A stretch of 37,375 bases of DNA from Octopus bimaculoides (Eukaryota): NCBI RefSeq assembly GCF_001194135.2, contig NC_068985.1, forward strand, positions 4,465,878 to 4,503,252. The letters run 5' to 3'. Below, one piece after another: positions 22,572-33,143 of this stretch. The notes beneath the pieces were generated by a model, which was not told the origin of the DNA, did not search any database, and worked only from the letters and a program-made list of their open reading frames with translations. Both the position numbers and the translations under genes were made by a program. Numbering within the stretch: the first letter of the stretch is position 1; every line of letters starts with the position of its first letter.

Positions 22572-22638
22572 ATCACTGCCTGGAATTGTACTCGGAATCT
22601 TGGGCTTAGTAGCCCGCGCTCTTAACCACTACGCCATA
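22569..22638 (-). mobile_element. tRNA-derived SINE head (Pol III A/B boxes); not a functional tRNA
   Basis: Minus: TATGGCGTAGTGGTTAAGAGCGCGGGCTACTAAGCCCAAGATTCCGAGTACAATTCCAGG. A-box TGGCGTAGTGG, anticodon-like hairpin GGGC-TACTAA-GCCC, degenerate B-box, no acceptor stem. Confidence 0.75.
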
Positions 22639-22749
22639 CGTCCGTTGTTCATGCTTTCGTTATTTTATTGTTTACAAACTTTTTTGTAACTTCTACATTG
22701 TATTGTATCGTATCATTCTTTTGTAAACCCTTCGTGATTATTAAAGAAA

Positions 22750-22890
22750 TTATTTCATCGGACAAAATGCTCAAAAACATTAATTTCGGCTCATTATGTT
22801 CTAAACTCAAATTCAGCCGAAGCCAACTTTGCTTTTCATTTTTTCGGGTTCGATAAAATAAAGTTCCACTCAAGTAATCGAATCGATCTC
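22750..22890 (+). mobile_element. Old, degenerate SINE family A fragment
   Basis: CGGACAAAATGCTC...GTTCTAAACTCAAATTCAGCCGAAGCCAACTTTGCTTTTCATTTTTTCGGGTTCGATAAAATAA. Confidence 0.7.
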
Positions 22891-22969
22891 TGCGGTACAT
22901 TCCAGAAGATTTGAGACGTTTTTAGGGGAGAAACTTATAACTACCCTTAGTTATTATGATTGTAGTATA

Positions 22970-23640
22970 GGCGCAGGAGTGGCTGTGTGGTAAGTAGCTT
23001 GCTTACCAACCACATGGTTCCAGGTTCAGTAGTCACACTGCTTGGCACCTTGGGCAAGTGTCTTCTGCTATAGCCCCGGGCCGACCAAAGCCTTGTGAGT
23101 GGATTTGGTAGACGGAAACTAAAAGAAGGTGGTAAGAATAGCGATCATTACTTCACCAGGACCTTTTGCACAGGGACACTATGGTTAATTGAATTATCCT
23201 TAGAATTAACGACCCATGTGAGATTATGAGCGAGTGGGTTGTACACTGTGGCCGAAGGGAGTTGAAAACAGGTCAGCGAGAGAGTGACACAAAGAGAGGG
23301 AGAGAGAGTGACACAAAGAGAGGGAAAGAGAGTGACACAAATAGAGGGGGAGAGAGAGAGCAAAAGAGAGGGAGAGAGAGAGAGAGAGAGAGACAGACGA
23401 ATAGATAGATAGACAGGCATAGATAGATAGATACATACATACATACATACATACATACACACATCACTTGAAACCGATGTTGGTGTGTTTACGTCCCCGT
23501 AGCCTAGCGGTTCCTCAAAAGAGACCGATAGAATAAGTAGTCGGCTTACGAAGCAGCATAAGTTCTGGGGTCGATTTGTTCGACTAAAGGCGGTGCTCCA
23601 GCATGGCCGCAGTCAAATGACTGAAACAAATGAAAGAAAG
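22970..23640 (+). mobile_element. SINE family B interrupted by ~335 bp of foreign sequence (23128-23462)
   Basis: Intact head GGCGCAGGAGTGGCTGTGTGGTAAG to GGAAACTAAAAGAAG. The 3' half resumes at CATCACTTGAAACCGATG (~23462) and runs to GACTGAAACAAATGAAAG. Confidence 0.9.
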
Positions 23641-23656
23641 CAAGAAGAATACATAC

Positions 23657-23686
23657 ATTGATTGATTGATTGATTGATTGATTGAT
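23657..23686. repeat. (ATTG)n microsatellite
   Basis: Direct reading. Confidence 0.95.
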
Positions 23687-24734
23687 CGGAATGGGGTGGT
23701 AAAGCGAACTGTAGCAAGAGTAGAAAAACTTGCTATCAGCTTAGTTTTCCTTTATTAATCAGCGGCGTTTTGCCTCAAACTGCAAATGTTTCTGAAGAGA
23801 AACATTTGACTATGAACGACCATGATTTATAATAGAGTAATTTGAAACCGTTTAATTTACAAAATTGAAATAATATTATGCAGAAGAAGCCCGGTGAATA
23901 CTCACAGCCAACACCAGCGCTATCGTCTGCTTCAACGAAACAGCAACGACGACGACGACAACGTCAGCAAGAACAACTACAACAAAGCAACAGTTACTCG
24001 TAGATCTGTTCGAGCGAAGCTGACCGGATCTACATGGCAACAACAACAACAACAACTCCAACAAAAGCACCAGCGATATCGAATGGTGTCCTGTTTCGTT
24101 CGTTAAGAAATTGGGTGTAACTTGATCTTGAAATGATGATGTTAAACGTGATGAGGTAATTAGAAATTTTCTTCGATTGCGTGGTTAGATGTAACAAATA
24201 ATAACAATTTATTATTTAGAAAGAAGTATTGAGGTTTGATACCATAAACAACTGATGTAAAGAAAAATAACAAAACAATGCAATGGGGAAAAAAAAATTA
24301 TAAAAGAGCAGTAAATGTGGTTTGAAGCTTTAAAGAAACAAGAAGGATGAAGAGTTCTGCAGCTCGGACAGTTGTCCATCGATAAGGAAGAAACAAATTG
24401 TTTTCGAAAGAAAAGAAAAGAAATAAATCTTTTGAGTTGTAGCTCATACGGTGAACTATTTCTTAAAGTCCGAGCCATCGAATATTTCTTACTTCCATTT
24501 TTTTTTTCCTTTACAGCGTTAAACTAATATCACATCCGTTTTACTCTTAGTTTTCGTTGTTTCTTATCATTATATAATAGAATTTTATTTTATCTCACTG
24601 GCAAGAATGTCAACGAAGTATAAAAAGGCATACATACATACAAAAATACCGTGCTGTTGATGTTGAAATTCCAATGAAGGATCTAGGATCTTTCTCTTTT
24701 GGCAAGAAATCTTGAAATAAACTGAATAATGACA

Positions 24735-24768
<34 letters not shown>

Positions 24769-24879
24769 CATACATACATACATTCAACGTAGCATCAGAT
24801 GAAAGGATGAGCATATATCAGCAGAAGACTCTGCGTGGATATGCTGGCAGAAAACTCTGGGATGATAGAAACATTTATA

Positions 24880-25035
24880 ATCAAATCAGTCTATCATGGA
24901 CCAACAACCGGATTACTAACATCCTCTCTGTGTGGCCAAACCACTTCAACATTCGTCTATCCATTTTGGTTGCTAGTTTTTCTCTCATTCCTGCTCGCCT
25001 TCACACCTGAAATTTTCTAAGCCTATTTAATCTGA
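24880..25035 (-). mobile_element. RTE-clade LINE fragment (post-RT region)
   Basis: Minus frame NRLRKFQV*RRAGMREKLATKMDRRMLKWFGHTERM matches the RTE pattern DRVRNEEVRRRAG...L.WFGHVERM. Confidence 0.8.
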
Positions 25036-25057
25036 CGATTAAACAAATCATGAGTAT

Positions 25058-25448
25058 GTTGTTGCTGTTGGCACTCCGTTGCTTACGACGACGAGGGTTC
25101 CATTTGATCCAATCAACTGAACAGCCTGCTCGTGAAATTAACATGCAAGTGGCTGAGCACTCCACAGACACGTGTACCCTTAACGTAGTTCTCGGGGATA
25201 TTCAGCGTGACACCATGTGACAAGGCTGACCCCTTGAATTACAGGCACAACAGAAACAGGAAGTAAGAGTGAGAGAAAGTTGTGGTGAAAGAGTACAGCA
25301 GGGTTCGCCACCATCCCCTACCGGAGCCTCGTGGATCTTTAGGTGTTTTCGCTCAATAAACACTCACAACGCCCGATCTGGGAATCGAAACCGCGATCCT
25401 ATGACCGCGAGTCCACTGCCCTAACCACTGGGCCATTGCGCCTCCACG
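25058..25448 (-). mobile_element. Full-length SINE family C with perfect 11-bp TSD
   Basis: ATCATGAGTAT at 25047-25057 and 25449-25459; tail (CAA)n-like on minus; collinear with 12519-12900. Confidence 0.95.
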
Positions 25449-25572
25449 ATCATGAGTATACCTCAGATACTAATGTACAAATGAGTGACACACGAAGTTA
25501 ATCCCTATGGGATTTGAACTCAGAACGTAGAAGGAAAAACTAAATACTGTCAGACAGGTATTTAGCCTGATA

Positions 25573-25810
25573 CAGTAATCCCGTGACTATCGCGGGGGTT
25601 ACGTTCCAAAAATCCTTCGCGATAAGTGAAAATCCGCGAAGTAGAAACAGTACTGTACTGTATAAATTTTTTTTATCATTTTTATAATTTTATATATTTA
25701 TTTTATTATAAATGCAAAACAACACCACGAAGGAATCGACGTAAGCATAAATTATAAACCGCGATAGGTGAACCGCGATAGATGAACCGCGATATGGCGA
25801 GGAATTGCTG
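25573..25810. mobile_element. Tc1/mariner (Tigger/pogo-like) MITE with TA TSD
   Basis: TA|CAGTAATCCCGTGACTATCGCGG ... CCGCGATATGGCGAGGAATTGCTG|TA. Imperfect ~24-bp TIRs, AT-rich interior and three tandem AACCGCGATA subterminal repeats at 25757-25794. Confidence 0.75.
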
Positions 25811-26164
25811 TACTCCCTCAAGACACACACACAGAAAAGTAGACGCGACGTGAGCAGTCTTATATTTAGCATGAGAAACTACTAATTGAATATACGGTGA
25901 TTACTGATTCGATATTAATCTTTGCTAAGTAACTGGCTGGTCTTCTAATCCCAATCATTGCAGATATCTTTGAAAAAATCGTAATGGTCTTCGTCTCAAA
26001 CTTAAATTTAACCTGTTAAGAATTCACTGCAAAGGTTGTGACTGGACATAGCAAAAACACAACTGGAGATGAATCGAAAGAAGATATCCACGAAGAATAC
26101 AAAATGCTTTTAGTTTTTCTTGGAACCATGAACTCTAAAGTGACTTATTTAACTGTTTTATAGT

Positions 26165-26379
26165 CTTTTCTACTAGAGGCACAAGGCCTGATATTTTGGG
26201 AGATGGGGTAAGTCGATTATATCAACCCGTGTTTGGCTAATACTTATATTTCATCAACCCCGAAAGGATGAAAGGCAAAGTCGACCCCGGCGGAATTTGA
26301 ATTCAGAATGTAAAAACGGACGAAATACCGCCGAACATTTTGTCCAGTCTTACCAATGATTCTGCGAACACGCCGCCTT
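26165..26379 (-). mobile_element. SINE family A (tail type 1)
   Basis: CTTTTCTACTAGAGGCACAAGGCC...CCCCGAAAGGATGAAAGGCAAAGTCGAC...GAATTTGAATTCAGAA...CGCCGCCTT. Confidence 0.88.
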
Positions 26380-26959
26380 TAACTGCTTTATAATGGCCAA
26401 ACAAGATCCCTCTGCTGCCTAATCGAAAAAAATGTAAACGTACTTGGTCGATTTCACCTGAAACTATATCGTGTGACATTAAACACCAACGAACATTTGT
26501 TGAACGCCAGAGAAAAGTCGATTATTGCAATTTTAGGACAGAAGTTTATTTCCCGGCGTTTGAAAGTTGCACAAATAAAGCCATATAGACGTTGATACCA
26601 TGTGACTCGACAAACCATATTCTTACTGCCTCTGTGTTTATCTGGCCGTCAGGATGGATGGTCACGACGAGGTATGAGCGAACCAAACAACAACAGTATC
26701 GATCATAACAATATATTCCGATGCGAAAAAGCGAGAAATATAAAGAACTGGAATGTATTCTTGGGAAATTGTTAACCGTTTGCAGAAAAGACTAAACGTG
26801 ACTAAGATTAATACGAAACCAAACGAGTTGAAATCGGAAGTGGATATTTACAACGGTCCCTTCGTTTTCGTTAATACATATTTGTTTATAAACCGTCTCA
26901 ACTATTGTAAACCAGAACTCTAAAGATATTGAAGAAGTAAACAAAAGCGAAACAAATAA

Positions 26960-27430
26960 AAGGTACCACTACGGATTAGGAAAACGGAGGGAAATGGTTT
27001 ATTTGCGAAGAAATAGCTACACTCCACACCTGCAAAGAATTAATAAAATTGAAACAAGCCTTGGAGACAGTAAAATGAGAGCACTTGAACACAAATTAGT
27101 TACCCCTAAATAGGAGTTAAAAACTGTCAGAGGAAATCTCCACCATCAGAAGAGAGCAGCTGAGAGAAGAAAAATTAGCAAGAAATCAATTTAATCGAAA
27201 TCAATCAGTCGTTTAGAGATACGAGGGGGACGATCAATAAATTCACAAAAGCTCTTTCTCAGAATGATATGGATTCTTTCTGGAGAAGAATCTAGTGTGA
27301 GGAAAAGTAATTTAAACGGAAATCCTTGTGGCTAGAAGAAATCCGAAAGAATTATTGTCCTTGTACCACAACACAAATATACTGCATCAACGGTAATACC
27401 CTTCAAACTGTGATACAGGATATCGGAGAA
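26960..27430 (+). mobile_element. Decayed R4/Dong-like LINE fragment (region N-terminal to RT)
   Basis: Remnants RNQFNRNQSVV*R (~N..F..N....Y), DSFWRRI*CEE (~FW..IW), SLWLEEIRKNYCP (~WL..I) and YCINGNTLQTVIQ, in the order expected upstream of the KAPG motif. Recalled similarity only. Confidence 0.55.
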
Positions 27431-28014
27431 ATAATCAGGCCATTGATTTTGTCAGATGATTTTCGAGTTCTGCCACGTTTTTCAATCAAGTAGGAACATT
27501 GAATGTCGTACCCAGATCAAGGCTGTTCATACAACTCATTCGTGACGTATTCTTTCAGGTGCTTAGTTGTTGTTTCTGTCTTTTTGTAGGTCAACCTATA
27601 CCCTTCAGTTTTCTCGGTAAAAGAGACAAGTTAACTGAAAACATAAACTGCATTAGAGGGAGACTGTCACTCTGAAATGTACACATGCGATCTGCATCCT
27701 ATGAATGACAATGTGTTGCAACTCAGAACACAGATGTGATGTCTATGGCCTGGACTATAGCGTCTCGAACATCAGCAAAGTTGAAGGAAAAACCACACAC
27801 GCCTATAAGTCATTAATCCTTGGGTTAAGTTTCCCATTTTCTTTGTAGATAACGTTTTTAAGATTGTTCCGTTTACATATTTGTTTTGCAAGATTTTTGA
27901 TGTGAAATCGTGTGTTGAAACAGATGTTGTTGTACTTGGGGATGGTCATATTGCCAGTTTAGCCAATAAAAACACACGCACTGTATATTTGGTGTTAATT
28001 TGCTTCAGCTTTAT

Positions 28015-28500
28015 ATTACATTAATCTTAATCTTATTTCGGCCAGAGTTCTTTCGTCACACTTCTGTGACCTCATCAGTGGTCCTTTGTTTCCTTCCTTC
28101 TTATGTGTGTCTCACCTTGCTAAATATTCATAATCATAATTCCACACCCAGGCTTTTATATTTTAAGTTTCGTTCTATTTATTGACGCAAGTATTTATAT
28201 ATTTCCCACCTCACAAAATACCATTCCTTGTGTGTTAAATCTTGTTACTAATTTCATTGTAGTCAATTTCTTTTCTTTTTCACATCTCCGACAGTTTCGT
28301 TGTCCAGAAAATTTTCGATTAAAAATAATTTGTAACTTGATTGAAAATCTTGAAATTTTTCAACGAAAATTTACCAAGTTGTGTTAAGACGGAGCCGACC
28401 AGTGCGAAGCAAACAGGCGTACATTTATCTATAACTGAGTAGAGAGATTCCGCTCTACCAGTTACATCTCGATTTCCTTTGTGAAATAGAAGTTTTTCAT
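28015..28500 (-). mobile_element. Penelope-like element 3' end: GIY-YIG C-terminal remnant and hammerhead-bearing terminal region
   Basis: Minus frame (~28370-28200) FSIKLQIIFNRKFSGQRNCRRCEKEKKLTTMKLVTRFNTQGM resembles PLE GIY-YIG ends (..QII....R...E...I..L.T....G.N). The hammerhead motif lies ~120 nt downstream. Confidence 0.55.
28040..28084 (-). ncRNA. Type I hammerhead ribozyme motif with intact catalytic core
   Basis: Minus: GG(A)CCA-CTGATGA-G-GTCAC-AGAAGT-GTGAC-GAAA-G-AA-C-TC|TGGCC. All core nucleotides are present, with one extra nucleotide after A9, a perfect 5-bp stem II, stem I CCA/TGG plus GG/CC, and a minimal stem III. Confidence 0.7.
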
Positions 28501-28845
28501 GCATAACTTACTTTGGAAAATGTTTCATATGAAAAATCACGAAAAACAAATAGTCGTACAAAGTGATTAATTCTGTGTATTGAGGATGAAGCAGAGGCGA
28601 GTTCAAAGTTTGAGACGGTGAACCTTTGTCATGGAAAAATAAATCATAAAGAAAAAGGAGACGGGGGGTGGGGAAAGAAGCGAATGTTCCACGATGTTTC
28701 TATAATGGAAATTCAATGTTTGGGTGTAACCGACAGAAGTGGTTACAATGGAATGTTTTACAGCAGAAGCGAGGAATGGTGGGTACGGATTCATGGAAGG
28801 AAGATGAGTGAGGACATTGTTGCCTGAGGGTGGTTTAGAGAGAAA

Positions 28846-28866
28846 AGGAGAGAGAGAGAGAGAGAG

Positions 28867-28955
<89 letters not shown>
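28846..28955. repeat. (GA)n(GT)n compound microsatellite
   Basis: Direct reading. Confidence 0.96.
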
Positions 28956-28959
<4 letters not shown>

Positions 28960-29003
28960 ATGGCCTGAAAAAAATGGTAAAACGCGAGAATTTCTTCTTT
29001 GCG

Positions 29004-29255
29004 CAGGATGCGCAAAAGTAGGTATACAGTAAATTTCATATCAATGTTACAATACTTAATTCTTTAAAATTATTAGCACATTGAATTAGTTAGCCTTAAT
29101 TTCGGTTATTTTCTGTCATTAATCATAATAATACATTTATCCTAATTACAATAATACTTTTATCATAACTTTTAATTTTTTGATAAAAATAAACGAGTAT
29201 TGTACGTGATTTATTTTTTTTTTCATAGCTGTATACCTACTTTTACGCCACCCTG
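29004..29255. mobile_element. Tc1/mariner-type MITE, left end eroded
   Basis: CAGGATGCGCAAAAGTAGGTATACAG (29004-29029) versus the reverse complement of CTGTATACCTACTTTTACGCCACCCTG (29229-29255). TA follows the right end; interior is very AT-rich. Confidence 0.7.
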
Positions 29256-29714
29256 TATATGTGTAGACGTGCGCTTCGGTAATTATGTGTGCATATGAAG
29301 GTATGTGTTGTGAGAGTATGTTTAGTAGATATAGATATGAGTGGTGTGTAATGTTGTGAATGGATACAAGACAGGTTGAGCGAAATGTGTGTGTGGGTGA
29401 GAAGAGACTGGTGGGGAGGTGTGGTGGGCATAGGAAGAGAAGAGATAAGCCGGAAGTAAGGGATGTATAACCAAAGACAAAGGATACAAGATTTGGGTTG
29501 GCCACAGCTAAATAAGGTGACCCCTGCACAATCGTATGTCTAACGACATTTTAACTTTGAAGAGAGTCCAGGGAAATCGGTTCATTGCGAAGAGTTAACA
29601 GAAACGGTTCACTCAGCCGAATTGAGAAAGCCACTTCGATTCGCTTTAGAAACACTGTTTCTTTTACATCATATGACCTGCCTTTTTCTTTCTATCTATC
29701 TATCTATCTATGGC

Positions 29715-29776
29715 ATACACACACACGCACACCTAACATTGTACTCCATACGCAAATACACACACACCTTCACATG

Positions 29777-29807
<31 letters not shown>

Positions 29808-29914
29808 TCACGTGCACACACACACACACAATTACATAGACTTAGATTGAAAAATATCCTCGCTTTTTATTTCCCTTTCACTCGATAAATGCGTGAGCGC
29901 GCATTCACGCACAT

Positions 29915-29954
<40 letters not shown>

Positions 29955-30120
29955 ACCTGACATTGTACTGCATATGCAAATACACAACAGCACACTCACA
30001 ACCTTCACATGCACACACACACAAATTCCATAGACTTAGATTGAAAACTATCCTCGCTTATCTCCCTTTCGCTCGATAAATGCGTGAGCGCGCATTCACG
30101 CACACGCACACACACACACG
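29715..30120. repeat. Two-copy tandem duplication of ~200 bp, CA-rich
   Basis: Both units contain ACATTGTACT..CATA.GCAAATACAC...CATAGACTTAGATTGAAAA.TATCCTCGCT...CTCGATAAATGCGTGAGCGCGCATTCACGCAC (units ~29715-29945 and ~29946-30120). Confidence 0.9.
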
Positions 30121-31024
30121 AACACATCAATAGACACAAGCCTTCTTACCTTTTATCTCCCTTGACCGAAAGATTGTCTTCCCACTGGAAAACCCCATTC
30201 TGTTATAACTCAAATGCACAACCCGTATTTTCTTCTCTCCACACATGCCAAATACGCATTCATTCCCAACCTCTACACAAAAGTGCCCGTATGACTAACC
30301 TTACACGCTCAACATTTATATACACACACTTATATACACTTACTTAAACACTCACTCACACACACACATCAGTGTTTTCGTCCAATGTCTCCCATAACAA
30401 AATCCTTCTGGTGCAGAAAAACTACATTCCGTATCAAATATTTCCGTCAGTTAATCTTCAACAAGCGATGTCCACGGAAAAAAAATCTCAGAAATTTCGC
30501 TTGCTCTTTTTTTCTCTTTTTTTTTTCTCCATTTCCACCTCAAATTTTATTCTTGGCAAAAGGCCCACAGTCCGAAACGTCGACATATCTTCTATTTATT
30601 TCCTTACTGTATAAAACTAATTACTTTGTACTCCTGTTTGCTTTTATTCCTTTCTGTTTGAAACCTTTTAAATATCATTTCCACACTGGCACAAATCTTA
30701 CTACTTCATAACCTTCCATTGAACATATATCATAGCATTCACTTCGCACTACAGAGTAAAACGATAAGAAATTAGCTGGGGACAACTGGTTAGCTTGCAC
30801 TCTAATGGCTTTTGTTCTGGTCGTAGTTGTTGCTAATACATTCGTGCCTAATGTTACCATTATTTATTTATTCATTCGTGTAAATATTATTTATTTATAT
30901 GCTTGTACGTTGCCGTTAATATTGTCTTAGATTTTAGGTGGGGTTGTTTTGTTTTTTTTTTGTTTTTTCGTTTGATATTCACAATAACAATTGCGATGCT
31001 GCTGCGATGTAACGATTTTAACAG

Positions 31025-31253
31025 CCACAGGAGGAGGAGGAGAGAAGGAGAGGAAGAGGGGAGGAGAGGGAGAAGGAAGCGACGGTGGTGGTGGTGGTGG
31101 TGGTGGTTTTGGAAGGAAGACGATGAGGTGGGGAAAGAGGAGTATGAATGAAGATAATGATGACAGCAGTGGAGGTGGTGGTTGTGGTGGTAGTGGTGGT
31201 GGTGAAGGTCATACGGATAGCAGTGAATCTTCAGATGGCTATAATGTTGATAG

Positions 31254-31313
<60 letters not shown>

Positions 31314-32143
31314 GAAGGAGGAGGAGGAGAAGGAGGAAAAGGAGGAGGAAGAAGAAGGGGGGTTGAAGGAGTGATGATAACAGTGGTGGTAGTTGTGTTG
31401 TGGTGGGATAATACTGATGATAAGGCTGAGGATTAAATCGATAATGCCGGAAGTGGTGGTGATGGCGGGAGTAGTAACAACGGTGGTGGGGGAAAGGGTG
31501 GTGGCGGCTGCGGTGGTGGTGAGGGAAGGATTTATAAAGGGAAGGGTTAATGGTGGTGATAATGTTTAGGTGGTAGTATGGCTATGATAGTATTGGTGGC
31601 AGTGTAGATGCTATCCCTGATGAAAGCGACAGGGAATTGTAATGGCGGTTCTGGGGGATAATTGGCTCAAAACTAAACGATTGGGTGAGAAAGGAGGAAG
31701 AAAGGGGGAAATACGAAGAGATTAAAGGGAAGAGACATTATAAAAGAAGGCAAAAAGACAGAAAAGCGAAGATAATCAGGATAATGTAGAAGGGGGGGAG
31801 GGAAAAGGGAGTGGCGGATAAGTGTGGAAGAAGTAAAAAGTAAATTGAAAAACGTTTCATAGAAAGAGTAAATAAAACGGAAGGAAACAATAGGAAAACG
31901 GGAGGGGAAGGCTGAGGAGGGGGGGAGAATTAAGATGAAGATGATGAGGGACAGCGACGAGATTTCGAATTGGTGGTGGTGGTGGTGGTGGTGGTGGTTG
32001 TCGTCTTCGTCGTCGTTGTCGTCGTCATCGTCATGGTCGTGACGGGGCTAGGATGACGATGGTGATGATGATGACGATGATGATGGTGGTGGTCACAATA
32101 ATGGAGGCCACGATGTTGCTGTTGGTGCTGGTGGTAATGATGG

Positions 32144-32175
<32 letters not shown>

Positions 32176-32216
32176 GGGAGGAGGATGGTGATGATGGTGA
32201 TGGTGATGGTGATGGA

Positions 32217-32268
<52 letters not shown>

Positions 32269-32270
32269 TT
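31025..32270. repeat. Large G/A-rich low-complexity field with (GGT)n, (GAT)n, (GAG)n and (GTC)n tracts
   Basis: Pure (GAT)n at 31253-31312 and 32146-32268, with mixed trinucleotide runs between. Confidence 0.92.
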
Positions 32271-32696
32271 CTAGTTGTCATCGTTGTTTGTGTTGTTTAT
32301 CCCCGGATCGGCAGGAGTCGAGGGAGCAGATCTTTAACTTAAGGGGTATCCAAGCGTCACCATTGTGTTCTATCTTCAGACATGATAATATCTAGGACTA
32401 CATTAGTTGATGTGTCTCTACATGCGGTTTGAGGCAACAAAATCCTTGGTAGCTATTTCTAGCAAGTCTAGCGTCTCGATGTTAGTCCCACAAGAAAGTG
32501 ATGTAGAAAAGGAAACGAAGAAGAAAAAGAAGGCAATGAAGGTTGTTGAGAGGAGAGGAAAAGGAGAGAAAGGGGTACTGTGTTGTTCAGTCACATTTCC
32601 CTATTAGCACCTCTGCATCACCGAAGACGCTGTTTTAGGGATTTGCTTTCGCCATATTTTTCAAATAACATTTGTTCGATATCTGTGAGCATTACA

Positions 32697-32883
32697 GGCA
32701 CAGGGGTGGCTGTGTGGTAAGTAGCTTGCTTACCAGCCACATGGTTCCGGGTTCAGTCCCACTGCGTGGCACCTTGGGCAAGTGTCTTCTACTATAGCTG
32801 CGGGCTTCTATTAAAGCTGCGGGCCGACCAAAGCCTCGTGAGTGGATTTGGTAGACGGAAACTGAAAGAATCCNNNNNNNNNN

Positions 32884-32932
<49 letters not shown>

Positions 32933-33143
32933 CATATGTTTGTGTGTCTGCTTGTCCTCACCAACATCGCTTGACAACTGATGCTTGTATGTTTACGTCC
33001 CCGTTACTTAGCAGTTCGGGAAAAGAGACCGATAGAATAAGTACTAGGCTTACAAAAAAGTCCTGGGATCGATTTGCTCGACGAAAGGCGGTGCTCCAGC
33101 ATGGCCGCAGTGAAATGACTGAAAGAAACAAAAGAATAAAAGA
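32697..33143 (+). mobile_element. Full-length SINE family B with a small internal tandem duplication
   Basis: Intact A/B boxes. CTTCTACTATAGCTGCGGG is followed by CTTCTATTAAAGCTGCGGG (~32786-32824). Gap at 32874-32883. Confidence 0.93.

Noticed and set aside
22569-22638. Functional tRNA gene
   Set aside because: No acceptor stem, degenerate B-box, and it runs into a microsatellite; this is a SINE head. The same applies to the heads of families A-D.
24835-25020. ORF with hydrophobic C-terminus resembling a GPI-anchor signal (…PFWLLVFLSFLLAFTPEIF*)
   Set aside because: It is the antisense of an RTE fragment (LKWFGHTERM on minus).
27830-28010. Possible DNA-transposon terminal fragment
   Set aside because: No partner TIR or TSD found within the window.
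30550-30585. GGCCCACAGTCCGAAACGTCGAC, resembling the 3' half of a Penelope hammerhead
   Set aside because: No CTGANGA upstream; at most a dead relic.
30991-32281. Poly-D/E, poly-M, poly-W, poly-T and poly-S ORFs
   Set aside because: Read-through of trinucleotide microsatellites. The same applies to the HT/CV/YI-repeat ORFs throughout the window.
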